DNA of 35,148 bases from positions 1-35,148 of the forward strand of contig DAOWGI010000100.1 in NCBI GenBank assembly GCA_030637655.1, in the 5' to 3' direction. Positions 17,512-26,501 of this stretch are shown in pieces; the stretch's first letter is position 1; every line of letters starts with the position of its first letter. Below the pieces are notes generated by a model. The model saw only the letters and a program-made list of their open reading frames with translations, did no database searches and was not told the origin of the DNA. Position numbers and translations under genes: made by a program. The DNA is from a candidate division FCPU426 bacterium. Its GTDB lineage: Bacteria; Oederibacteriota; JAAXVQ01; JAUVAV01.

Positions 17512-17671
17512 TGTGATTGCCCCCCCCCCCCCCAATGGTTTTCTATGCTTTTTTTTTAATACTACCAGCACCAACCTGGAAGCAGAAAAAAAAAAAAGTA
17601 GCTAATGATTAATCGCCCTTACCAGGAATTTATGGCATAATATTCCGATCCCAGGCAAAGAGGAGGGTCTC

Positions 17672-18583
17672 GTGGCAAACAGAGCAACCAAAAAGACCGA
17701 GTGGGTAACCAATGATTTCGGACATACTTACACTGGAAAGATATGTTTTCAGGGCAAGTCCAAGTTTCAGCGGATGGAAATCTTCCGCAACCGTACGTTT
17801 GGCACCCTTTTATTCCTGGACAACAAAATCCAGATCTCAGAAAAAGACGAAAACCGCTATCATCAATACTTGGTGGCCGCACCCTTGTTGGCCCATCCTC
17901 GTCCTAAAAGCATTTGCATTATAGGCGGTGGTGACTGCTTCTCCCTGGAAGAAGCGATCAAGCACACTTCTTTGAAACGCATCCTGATGCTGGAAATCGA
18001 TTCCGGAGTCGTTGAATTCTGCACCCAACATTATCCAATGATTAAACAAGTGAGAAAAGACAAGCGTATCGAGATTATTTATACAGACGCCAGGCAATGG
18101 CTGGAAAATACTACTGAGAAATTTGATATCCTGATCGTGGATCTGACTGAACCTCACGGACCCTCAAAAATGCTCTACACACGTGAGTTCTACCGTATTT
18201 GCCAACAGCATCTAACCTCACAGGGCCTGCTCTCCCTCCATACAGACAATCATTCCCTTTTCCCTGAATCGTATGCTACGATCTATAAAACTCTCAGCAG
18301 TGTTTTCCCAAACATTTTAACTGCCCGCGTGGATATGCCCTGCTTTGGCATGGGATGGACCTTTCGTTTGGCTTCCGAACAGCCGATTTCCTACCCGCGT
18401 TTGGTGAAAAATGTTAAAAAATTTAAAAACCAAGGCCATACCCTGGATCAATTTACACCCACCACGTACTTGGTAGAACCGACTTCTGAAGAAGAAAAAG
18501 TCATCCGGAAATACGGCCGGATCTCAACCGCTGCTAAACCTTTTGATAAATTTGCTAAAATGAATCAGAAAGTCACTTGCTAA
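17672..18583 (+). CDS. speE: Polyamine aminopropyltransferase (spermidine synthase family)
   Basis: SKFQ, GTLLFLDNKIQISEKDE..YHQ, IIGGGD, EIDSGVV, FDILIVDLTEP, LYTREFY. GTG start after AGGAGG. Confidence 0.88.
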   Translation: MANRATKKTEWVTNDFGHTYTGKICFQGKSKFQRMEIFRNRTFGTLLFLDNKIQISEKDENRYHQYLVAAPLLAHPRPKSICIIGGGDCFSLEEAIKHTSLKRILMLEIDSGVVEFCTQHYPMIKQVRKDKRIEIIYTDARQWLENTTEKFDILIVDLTEPHGPSKMLYTREFYRICQQHLTSQGLLSLHTDNHSLFPESYATIYKTLSSVFPNILTARVDMPCFGMGWTFRLASEQPISYPRLVKNVKKFKNQGHTLDQFTPTTYLVEPTSEEEKVIRKYGRISTAAKPFDKFAKMNQKVTC

Positions 18584-18586
18584 GCA

Positions 18587-19753
18587 ATGGCTGAAATATC
18601 TGTTGCCAAATCACAACCAAAGCCGTCCCAACAAAATTTTGCTCAAGCTCTGGAAGCGTGGCTCCCTCTCTTGTTACAGCTCTGGCGCCAACAAAATAAG
18701 CGCCCAGGACCAAGCCGGCGTCTAACCGAGTCTGAAATCAAACAGCTATCTCGGAGTTTGCAAATACTCTCCCAAGGACTCACCCGTGATCGCCGGCTGG
18801 CCGGTCAATACTATTTCTCAGATCAGGATATGCTTGGAACCTATCTGCTCTATTTCTGGCCTATTTCTTATAGGCAGGCCTGTTTTGTCCTGAACTCCCT
18901 GCCATACAAACCACGCCGCGTTCTGGAACTCGGCGCCGGTGCCGGTCCTTTGGGCGCTGCCTGCTTTGACCGGGGTATCACCAATGTGACTATGGCTGAT
19001 CGCAGCCAGGCAGCTTTACACTATGCCAGGCTATTGTCAAAAAATCACGGGATTCAGCCGACTTTCGAAATCTGGGATCCTTATCTCCCAAAGACTAAAA
19101 TCAGCGGGAAGTATGACCTTATTGCGCTTCAGCATGTTGTCAATGAGCTCTGGACCGAATCCAAAGATCGTTTGCATAAAATAGAAACATTACTCAATAA
19201 CTTAAAGAGTCATCTGACTGACTCCGGTTTTCTTCTGATCATAGAACCGGCCTTAACCCCGACTTCCCGGGCACTGCTGCAACTCCGGGATAACCTCTTG
19301 CGACAGGGGTGGCATTTGGTCTCTCCCTGCTTGCATCAATACTCCTGTCCAGCCCTGCGCAAAGAAACCGATAGTTGTCATATGGATATTACTTGGCAGC
19401 TTCCGGAAATAATTAAACCGGTGGTAAAAAATGCCGGATTTAAGAAAAAAGAGCTTAAAATCTCCTATTGTCTGCTGCAACCAAGCCGGACAGCCAGGAG
19501 TCAAACATACACAAACCATGATTTTCTGATTGTTTCCGAACCCCTGCGCTCTAAAAATAAACGAATACGCTTTATCGGATGTGGTCCGGCCGGCCGACTC
19601 GGGTTAGCGCTTAAAACTGAGCAAGCAACTGAGCAGCAGAAAACTTTTCTCACCCTTCGCAGAGGTGATATTGTCCGAATAACAAACGCCCAAAAAACCG
19701 AGCACGGAATTCGGATCACCTCTGAGACCAAAATAAAACTTCTCAATCACTAG
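18587..19753 (+). CDS. Rsm22/METTL17-like class I SAM-dependent methyltransferase
   Basis: YLLYFWP, VLELGAGAG, VVNEL, IIEPA, and cysteine motif PCLHQYSCP...SCH...GCG. Confidence 0.75.
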   Translation: MAEISVAKSQPKPSQQNFAQALEAWLPLLLQLWRQQNKRPGPSRRLTESEIKQLSRSLQILSQGLTRDRRLAGQYYFSDQDMLGTYLLYFWPISYRQACFVLNSLPYKPRRVLELGAGAGPLGAACFDRGITNVTMADRSQAALHYARLLSKNHGIQPTFEIWDPYLPKTKISGKYDLIALQHVVNELWTESKDRLHKIETLLNNLKSHLTDSGFLLIIEPALTPTSRALLQLRDNLLRQGWHLVSPCLHQYSCPALRKETDSCHMDITWQLPEIIKPVVKNAGFKKKELKISYCLLQPSRTARSQTYTNHDFLIVSEPLRSKNKRIRFIGCGPAGRLGLALKTEQATEQQKTFLTLRRGDIVRITNAQKTEHGIRITSETKIKLLNH

Positions 19754-19919
19754 TACTATGGATTTCCAGCCATACTCTATAGTGGGGTATTCTTTTCTAT
19801 ACTTTACCGAATTGACCAATAAAAAAAAACGAAATCGCACTTAATATTCAACAATTGGTGCCGATGCTAGTTGTAGGTGAAATCAGAACTAGCAAAACAT
19901 GTGTTAAAGGGAAATCATC

Positions 19920-22457
19920 ATGCCCATGTCATTGTCCAAGACACAGAATAGTACTGATCTTAAAGAAATTGAGACCATATCATCAGATCAAAATCTATTG
20001 TCCACTACCCTGCGCAGTATTGAGGAAGGTATCATTACGACCGATACGCGGGAAAAGGTCCTGTTATTGAATAAATCCGCTAAAAAACTGACCGGTTGGT
20101 CCCAAGAAGAGGCCTTTGGGAAAACTCTGCAGGAGATTTTCCAAATCATAAATTATAAAACCGGAAAACCTTGCAAAAATCCTATTGAAAAAGCCTTACA
20201 AGCAGATAAAGCAGTCAATTTATCGAAACATTCTGTACTTATTGCCAGAGATCATTCAGAAAGCTTTATCGGCGGCAATGCTTCCCCGATTCGGGACCAT
20301 AAAGGTAATATTATTGGTGTAGTTCTAGCCTTCCGGGATATCACAGAAAATGTCCAGGCAGAGGAAGCTCTGGAAAAACAGGCTCAGGATCTGGGTAAAC
20401 GCGTAAAAGAGTTGGATTGTTTATACAGCATCTCAGCTTTGCTGGAAAAACACAATACCTCAGTAAATAAAATTTACCAGAAAATTGCTAATCTTATTCC
20501 TTGTTCCCTATCGCGCACGGAAATCACCGGTGCCCGTATTTTCATTCAAGGCAAAGCGCATGTTTCAGAAGCATTCCAGGAAACCAAGTGGAAGTATTCT
20601 ACAGATATTGTAATCAACAATAAAACTGTTGGTCTTTTGGAAGTCTTTTTACACGAATATGCTCCCAGTAATGAAGAAAAACTGTTTTATGAAGAAGAAA
20701 AGAATCTGATCCGTGCCATTGCTGAACGACTGGGTAATATTACCGAGGTCAAACAGGCTGAAGAAACACTCAAACGCCGGGTAAAATCAGAGACCCTGAT
20801 TGCCACTATATCCACGCGTTTCATCAGTTTACGCCCGGAAAACATTGACGCTGGTATCCAGGATGCCCTGGAAGTCATCGGAACGTATATCAATGCGGAT
20901 CATTGCTATCTTTACCAAGTTTTTAATGATTGCCAAATTATGAGCCAGACCCACGAGTGGTGCGCTCCTGGTATTCCCTCACAAAAAGAGAACCGGCAAA
21001 ATCTGCCCATTACCAAGGACTCCTGGTGGTTGTCCAAGTTGCGTCAATTCGAAACAGTACATGTTCCTAATGTGGATGAGCTGCCAAGAGAGGTTTCGCA
21101 GGAAAAGGAATGCTTGCAAGCTAAATCCGTCCGTTCCTTGATTGGCATCCCTGTTTCCAACGCCGGTGAATTTGCCGGATTTCTAGGTTTTGATTCCATG
21201 AAACCACTCAAGCACTGGGCTGATGAGGATATTGTCTTTTTTAAAACCTCAGCCAGTATTATCAGTAATACCTTGGATCGCAAACAAGTTGAAGAGGAAA
21301 GAGCTGGTCTGGAACGCAAATTACTGCAATCCCAGCGCATCGAATCTTTGGGCAGACTCACCGGAGGCATTGCGCATGATTTCAATAATATCCTCTCCCC
21401 GATCATTTGCTACACGGATATGTGTCTGGATGAAATTTCACCGGAAAATCCTTTACACGAGTATTTGACCCAAGTTCAGCATTCAGCGCAAAAAGCCAAG
21501 GATTTGGTCCGGCAATTACTGGCCTGCGGCAGAAATCAGATCTTGGAAGTTAAGGGAATCAATCTGGCCGAACAGGTTGAATCGTTTGAAAAAATGATTC
21601 GCCGTACCATACGTGAAGATATTGAAATCAAGGTAAACAACCAACTCAATTTGGGAACCGTTAAGGCGGATCCAACTCAGATCGAGCAGATTTTACTTAA
21701 CCTCACTGTCAATGCCCAAGATGCCATGCCCAATGGCGGCAAGCTGATTATCTCGACCATGAATATCACTCTGGATGAAGCAACTGTCAGAACCATGGAA
21801 GATATAAAGCCAGGATCGTACGTCAAGCTGGTGGTCAGTGATACGGGTATGGGTATGTCTACGGAAATTCTCTCTCATATTTTCGAACCCTTCTTCACTA
21901 CCAAGAAACTTGGAAAAGGGACTGGTTTGGGTTTGGCTACTGTGCATGGAATTATCAAGCAGCACGGTGGTACAATCACCGTATGCAGCGAAAAAAATCT
22001 GGGCACAATATTTAAAATATATTTGCCTTGTGAAGAAGTAGGTCCTCAGACCATGTCTGAAAGCGAAGCAGAAAAACAGGAATACCTCGGTATTGAAACC
22101 ATTATGGTGGTCGAAGATGATGACCAGGTAAGAAAACTAGCCTCACAGCTCCTCGGCACCCTAGGTTACAAGGTCATCGCTGCTGCTAATGCCGAAGATG
22201 CACATACATTTACCACGCGCTATACTATACCGATCCAGTTACTGCTGACTGACATTATTATGCCCGGCACCAATGGCAAAGACCTTTATCAGCAATTAAA
22301 AACCAAACATCCGGATTTAAAAGTTTTATATATGTCCGGATATACCAGCAGTGTCATCGCGCATCATGGCATTCTGGAACCGGATACACACTTTTTGCAG
22401 AAACCCTTCTCCCCACTTGATATTGCCAAAAAAACCAGGAATACTCTGGATAGTTAG
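19920..22457 (+). CDS. Hybrid sensor histidine kinase (PAS-GAF-HisKA-HATPase-receiver), no transmembrane segment seen
   Basis: H-box GGIAHDFNNIL, N-box NLTVNAQDAM, DTGMGM, IFEPFFTTK, GTGLGLA. Receiver VEDD/TDIIMP/MSGY/QKP. Confidence 0.95.
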   Translation: MPMSLSKTQNSTDLKEIETISSDQNLLSTTLRSIEEGIITTDTREKVLLLNKSAKKLTGWSQEEAFGKTLQEIFQIINYKTGKPCKNPIEKALQADKAVNLSKHSVLIARDHSESFIGGNASPIRDHKGNIIGVVLAFRDITENVQAEEALEKQAQDLGKRVKELDCLYSISALLEKHNTSVNKIYQKIANLIPCSLSRTEITGARIFIQGKAHVSEAFQETKWKYSTDIVINNKTVGLLEVFLHEYAPSNEEKLFYEEEKNLIRAIAERLGNITEVKQAEETLKRRVKSETLIATISTRFISLRPENIDAGIQDALEVIGTYINADHCYLYQVFNDCQIMSQTHEWCAPGIPSQKENRQNLPITKDSWWLSKLRQFETVHVPNVDELPREVSQEKECLQAKSVRSLIGIPVSNAGEFAGFLGFDSMKPLKHWADEDIVFFKTSASIISNTLDRKQVEEERAGLERKLLQSQRIESLGRLTGGIAHDFNNILSPIICYTDMCLDEISPENPLHEYLTQVQHSAQKAKDLVRQLLACGRNQILEVKGINLAEQVESFEKMIRRTIREDIEIKVNNQLNLGTVKADPTQIEQILLNLTVNAQDAMPNGGKLIISTMNITLDEATVRTMEDIKPGSYVKLVVSDTGMGMSTEILSHIFEPFFTTKKLGKGTGLGLATVHGIIKQHGGTITVCSEKNLGTIFKIYLPCEEVGPQTMSESEAEKQEYLGIETIMVVEDDDQVRKLASQLLGTLGYKVIAAANAEDAHTFTTRYTIPIQLLLTDIIMPGTNGKDLYQQLKTKHPDLKVLYMSGYTSSVIAHHGILEPDTHFLQKPFSPLDIAKKTRNTLDS

Positions 22458-22460
22458 TCT

Positions 22461-22688
22461 GTAACATGTCAGTGAACTGCGGTTAAACAAAGGTTGTCAT
22501 TCCCGAGGGTTTAATCGGCCCCGACCGGAAAAGATATATAGGGACGCCTTCGGCAGGAATCTGGTTTTTTTAAAACCATATCCCCGATACAAGCATTCGG
22601 GGATGACAGGGTGGGGGCTGCATTCAGGAATGACAAACAAACAAACGCATGACTGACCTGTTACAAAAAAACACTTCACTGACCTGTT
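22461..22688. mobile_element. Composite MITE-like element, copy 2, with AACAGGTCAGT(GAAGTG) inverted ends
   Basis: Left end GTAACATGTCAGTGAACTG. Inverted ends at 22652-22664 and 22672-22688; the latter is the exact reverse complement of 8003-8019. Interior matches 8002-8175. Confidence 0.7.
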
Positions 22689-22743
22689 TCTTTCATCCGC
22701 ATTTTTCTTTTGCCAAAGAAACATAAACATGATATCATTTGAC

Positions 22744-22765
22744 TAGTTGATCATGTGTTCAATTA
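22744..22765. promoter_or_regulatory. ArsR/SmtB-type operator dyad
   Basis: TAGTTGATCA-TG-TGTTCAATTA (10-2-10, 8/10 matches), 20 bp upstream of the permease start, in an operon encoding an SmtB-like repressor. Confidence 0.65.
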
Positions 22766-22785
22766 TTCAATATTGAGGTTTTCAT

Positions 22786-24081
22786 ATGCTGATATTCACT
22801 TATCTCTCAGAATTATGGAAAATACTCACCGAATTGGCTCCCTGGCTCTTCTTTGGGGCCGGGTTAGCCGGTTTGCTTAAAATCGCATTGCCCAAAGGGT
22901 TTATCCAAAAACATACGGGCGGAACCCGTTGGTTCAATATTTTCAAAACTACTCTTATGGGAATACCCTTGCCCCTCTGCTCGTGCGGCGTGTTGCCTAC
23001 CACCGTAAGCCTGAAAAAAGATGGCGCTTCCAACGGTTCTGCTGTGGGATTCCTCATTAGTACACCCCAGACCGGAGTGGATTCCCTTGTAGTTACAGCT
23101 TCCTTTCTGGGATGGCCATTGGCAATTTTCAAAGTCGCGGCAGCTTTAATAACCGGGTTATTGGGTGGAACACTTGTGCATATGACTGACCAGTGGAAGC
23201 GAAATAAACAGCCAACCAGCCACAAAGATACACACGCAACTACTGTTCCGGAAGATCGCGCTCTTAAAACACTATGGCGTACGTTCTGGAATTACTCGAT
23301 CAATGAACTCATCGGCAGCATCTATAAGTATTTGGCTATCGGCATTCTTGTTGCCGCACTGATCACAACACTTTTCCCCACCGATTCACTAACTCACATT
23401 CCAGGTTTGCAGGGAATCGGTGGAATGCTTGTAATGTTGGCTTTTGCTATCCCATTGTATATCTGCACCACCGGTTCTGTGCCCATTGCCGCTTCTTTGG
23501 TCACTGCCGGTTTACCGGTCGGATCTGCGTTGGTTTTCTTAATGGCCGGTCCTGCCACCAACGCAGCCACCTTGGCTGCGATCCTTAGTACTTTCGGCAA
23601 ACGCATTACAGCCATTTATCTGAGCACAGTCATTCTAGGCAGTCTTGTGTTTGGTCTCCTGTTCCAATCCTTCTTTCCATCCGCGGCTGCCTTGAATCCA
23701 TTTATGCAGCATGAACACGGATCCTTGCTTCGACTTCTTATTGATTCCGGTTCTGCGCTTGTGCTTTCCGGCCTGGTGGTATATTGGTCCTGGTTGGATC
23801 TTAGCTCATGGTTGCATCAACGCCGTCCCACGACCAAGGACAAAGAATCGATTAGTTTGGAAGTCAAGGGTATGACCTGTAACAATTGTGTCTCACACGT
23901 CCGGCAAGCGCTGGAAAAACTCCCCAACATTGCCTCGGTGGATATTAATTTGGCTACCGGCCAAACCACAATTCATGGCCAAAATCTTGACAGCACTGCA
24001 TTAATCCAAACCATTGAATCCGAGGGATATGAGGTTCAGAAACCATCTCCAGGAGCATCCCATGCTGACCGGCAAAAATAA
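22786..24081 (+). CDS. DUF318/ArsP-like (SO_0444-type) metal permease with C-terminal HMA domain
   Basis: PLPLCSCGVLP, FLISTPQTGVDS, PLYICTTGSVP, LMAGPATN. HMA motif GMTCNNC. Confidence 0.88.
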   Translation: MLIFTYLSELWKILTELAPWLFFGAGLAGLLKIALPKGFIQKHTGGTRWFNIFKTTLMGIPLPLCSCGVLPTTVSLKKDGASNGSAVGFLISTPQTGVDSLVVTASFLGWPLAIFKVAAALITGLLGGTLVHMTDQWKRNKQPTSHKDTHATTVPEDRALKTLWRTFWNYSINELIGSIYKYLAIGILVAALITTLFPTDSLTHIPGLQGIGGMLVMLAFAIPLYICTTGSVPIAASLVTAGLPVGSALVFLMAGPATNAATLAAILSTFGKRITAIYLSTVILGSLVFGLLFQSFFPSAAALNPFMQHEHGSLLRLLIDSGSALVLSGLVVYWSWLDLSSWLHQRRPTTKDKESISLEVKGMTCNNCVSHVRQALEKLPNIASVDINLATGQTTIHGQNLDSTALIQTIESEGYEVQKPSPGASHADRQK

Positions 24082-24361
24082 CGATCCCGCAAATTTGCAA
24101 GTCTTAGCCGATCTTTTTAAACACCTGAGTGATCCGCATCGTTTGCAAATCCTCCTGTTGCTGGCTGATAAAGAATTAGCCGTGGGCGAATTGGCGCGGC
24201 AATTAGACATCACATTATCCGCTGTCTCGCACCAATTGCGTCATTTACGCAGTGCGCGGTTAGTGTCCAGGCGTCGCGCAGGCAAGTCCATCTTTTATCG
24301 TTTGATAGACGATCATATTCGCCAATTGGTCATAATCGGCGAAGAACACGCGCAAGAGTAG
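24062..24361 (+). CDS. ArsR/SmtB-family metalloregulator with alpha5 metal site
   Basis: FKHLSDPHRLQIL, SAVSHQLRHLR, and DxH-x10-H-x2-E (DDHIRQLVIIGEEHAQE). ATG 24062 after AGGAG. Confidence 0.9.
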   Translation: MLTGKNNDPANLQVLADLFKHLSDPHRLQILLLLADKELAVGELARQLDITLSAVSHQLRHLRSARLVSRRRAGKSIFYRLIDDHIRQLVIIGEEHAQE

Positions 24362-24405
24362 ACGGCGGTATGATTTTTGCGAACTAAAAATCCAGGAGGC
24401 AGTGT

Positions 24406-25191
24406 ATGAACATCTCATCAAATTTAACCTATCCCAATGAATCCTTCTTCACTCAGCTCAAGCAAGCGCCCAATCGTTTACTAATGCTGGATTACGACGG
24501 AACACTTTCCCCGTTTGTTGAGGATCGCTTCCAAGCAGTTCCCTACCCGGGTGTTACCGAGTTGCTTTACAAGATTATTGCACAATCCCATTCCCGTCTG
24601 GTCATTGTCACCGGCAGACCCTTGAATGAAATTCTGCCATTACTGAACATGAATCCTGCTCCGGAAATCTGGGGTTCACATGGCTGGCAGCACTTACTTG
24701 CAGACGGATCGATTGAAGACTTCCCCCTGCCGGCCGATATTCAAGAAATACTAAATAATGTAAAAGATAAATTCCAGCTAAAAATTCCAATGGAAAAAAT
24801 GGATGTCAAACCCAGTTCAGTAGCTGTCCACTGGCGCGGCTTGTCAGATGATAAGCGGGAACATTTCTCCCAACACGCTCAAGCGGTCTGTCAGCCCTAT
24901 AAAAATCATGCTGGTCTTGAGTTGGAAGGTTTTGACGGCGGCTTGGAATTGCGCGTAAAAGGCCGTGACAAAGGCACCTCTGTGAATTCTTTGCTAACCG
25001 AATCTCCGGCCAAAACCTTCTCTGCTTTTCTAGGTGATGACAAGACGGATGAAGATGCTTTTACTGCTCTGCAAGGCAAAGGCGCCGGAATCCTGGTGCG
25101 CGGCGAGTTCAGGGAAACTCGCGCCAAATACTGGATCAAGCCTCCGGAAGAATTGCTCCGGTTTCTGCAAGATTGGCTGAACACGGGGTAG
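24406..25191 (+). CDS. otsB: Trehalose-6-phosphate phosphatase (HAD family)
   Basis: LDYDGTL, VTGR, GSHG, AVHWR, DKG, FLGDDKTDEDAF. Confidence 0.9.
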   Translation: MNISSNLTYPNESFFTQLKQAPNRLLMLDYDGTLSPFVEDRFQAVPYPGVTELLYKIIAQSHSRLVIVTGRPLNEILPLLNMNPAPEIWGSHGWQHLLADGSIEDFPLPADIQEILNNVKDKFQLKIPMEKMDVKPSSVAVHWRGLSDDKREHFSQHAQAVCQPYKNHAGLELEGFDGGLELRVKGRDKGTSVNSLLTESPAKTFSAFLGDDKTDEDAFTALQGKGAGILVRGEFRETRAKYWIKPPEELLRFLQDWLNTG

Positions 25192-25461
25192 TATTCACCG
25201 CGTATTCTTTTGGGGCACAAGGAGACGCAAAGGACTTCACCGTCTGACGCCTTACACATCTTGCGCCGGAGGTCTTGCGCGGAATAACCGGCGGTAGCTT
25301 GATACGCTGCTCATCAATTTGAATGATGCCCTGCGGATACTTCTGCTGCAACAACCAGATCAATCTTTTTCGCTTTATCACCACAGCCGGCAAGACCATG
25401 GATATTTGCTTGTGTTCCACCGTAATCACGACTTTTAAGGAATGACCCGGAAATACCCAGA

Positions 25462-25489
25462 GGACTCCAGTCTTATAAGACAGGAGTCC
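25462..25489. repeat. 28-bp near-perfect palindrome downstream of the restriction endonuclease gene
   Basis: GGACTCCAGTCTTATAAGACAGGAGTCC; no adjacent U-tract. Confidence 0.6.
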
Positions 25490-25543
25490 AATTGCTGATC
25501 ATCCGACTGCAATAAAACCTTTAATGCCAAACGGCTTAATCTT

Positions 25544-26479
25544 TTAATATGGGCTTAAATATTTATCGCCATTGTAATGAATCATATGGTCAGGGATTTC
25601 CATTATCCAGACTTCCGTTTCCCAAGAGATTTCTTTAGAATACTTCTTAAATTCGTTGAAATTATGAAAAGCACTCACAAAAACCAATACCTCTTTACAT
25701 TTTTTAAACATTTTTCCAAGCTCAAAAATCCTTTTAGGATTCATAGGTCCATGCGAAGCGACTGCTTCGATGAGAAAGAGGCACTTCTTTTCTGCATCAT
25801 AAATAATTACGTCAGGTAATTTGCCATGTTTGGTCAAAGAAACACCAAATTTCAATAATTCCTTATTGTTGATATATAAATTCTTTTTGGCAGTATCTCC
25901 TATATATAATACTTTTGGCTTGTGAATAAATCGCGGAACAAATTGTTTAATAATTGCAGCCTGCACGTCATTATGTTTTCCTGGCGAAAGTTCTAACAAA
26001 ACATCATTAGGAAGTTTTACTTTTACTATTTTTTTCTTTCTTCTTTTTTGGTAAAGTTCATTCAAGCTGCCTTGTGCGGAAATAACTTTCTTTAATTCCA
26101 CACTCCATTTTTTAGTTCCGTATGTCTTGATAACTTTTAATGTTGAAACCGAAATTGCATAATGTGCTTTTGGACTGTTAGTGGGCAACTTCAAATTATC
26201 CGGGTTATAATTTACAATCCCCCCTTGAACAAATTGATGAAGAACCTGTCTGCGAAAAGTTTCTCTTGTATTTGGCGCATAATTTCTGCCATATTTATCT
26301 TTTATAAATGTCATTATACCTTTTGTAACTGTCAAACTATGCCGGTATGCTGATGACCAAGAACTGTTTGGTTTGATACCACATAAAGCCAATAATGTTA
26401 AACAAGATATTTCATTCCGTTGAGCTTTAGGCAGGCCTAAGTTTTCCAAAATATCTTTCGCGTCACTTATTTTATCCAT
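25544..26479 (-). CDS. Type II restriction endonuclease, BsuBI/PstI family
   Basis: YAPNTRETFRRQVLHQF, LSPGKHN, YIGDT, HGKLPDV...LIEAVASHGP, ISWETEVW, PDHMIHYNG. Confidence 0.93.
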   Translation of the reverse strand: MDKISDAKDILENLGLPKAQRNEISCLTLLALCGIKPNSSWSSAYRHSLTVTKGIMTFIKDKYGRNYAPNTRETFRRQVLHQFVQGGIVNYNPDNLKLPTNSPKAHYAISVSTLKVIKTYGTKKWSVELKKVISAQGSLNELYQKRRKKKIVKVKLPNDVLLELSPGKHNDVQAAIIKQFVPRFIHKPKVLYIGDTAKKNLYINNKELLKFGVSLTKHGKLPDVIIYDAEKKCLFLIEAVASHGPMNPKRIFELGKMFKKCKEVLVFVSAFHNFNEFKKYSKEISWETEVWIMEIPDHMIHYNGDKYLSPY

Positions 26480-26501
26480 ATATCTCCCTAAATAAACATT
26501 A

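Noticed and set aside
17512-17574. N-terminal extension MVLVVLKKKHRKPLGGGGA of the YbhB-like ORF
   Set aside because: It is translated from homopolymer runs; ATG 17511 gives a normal lipoprotein signal peptide.
5912-22617. Recurring 30-38-nt repeats as a CRISPR array
   Set aside because: Copies are dispersed, inverted or nested, with no regular repeat-spacer period and no cas genes.
22497-22730. 77-aa minus-strand ORF (VIPECSPHPVIPEC...)
   Set aside because: It is a translation of REP repeat DNA.
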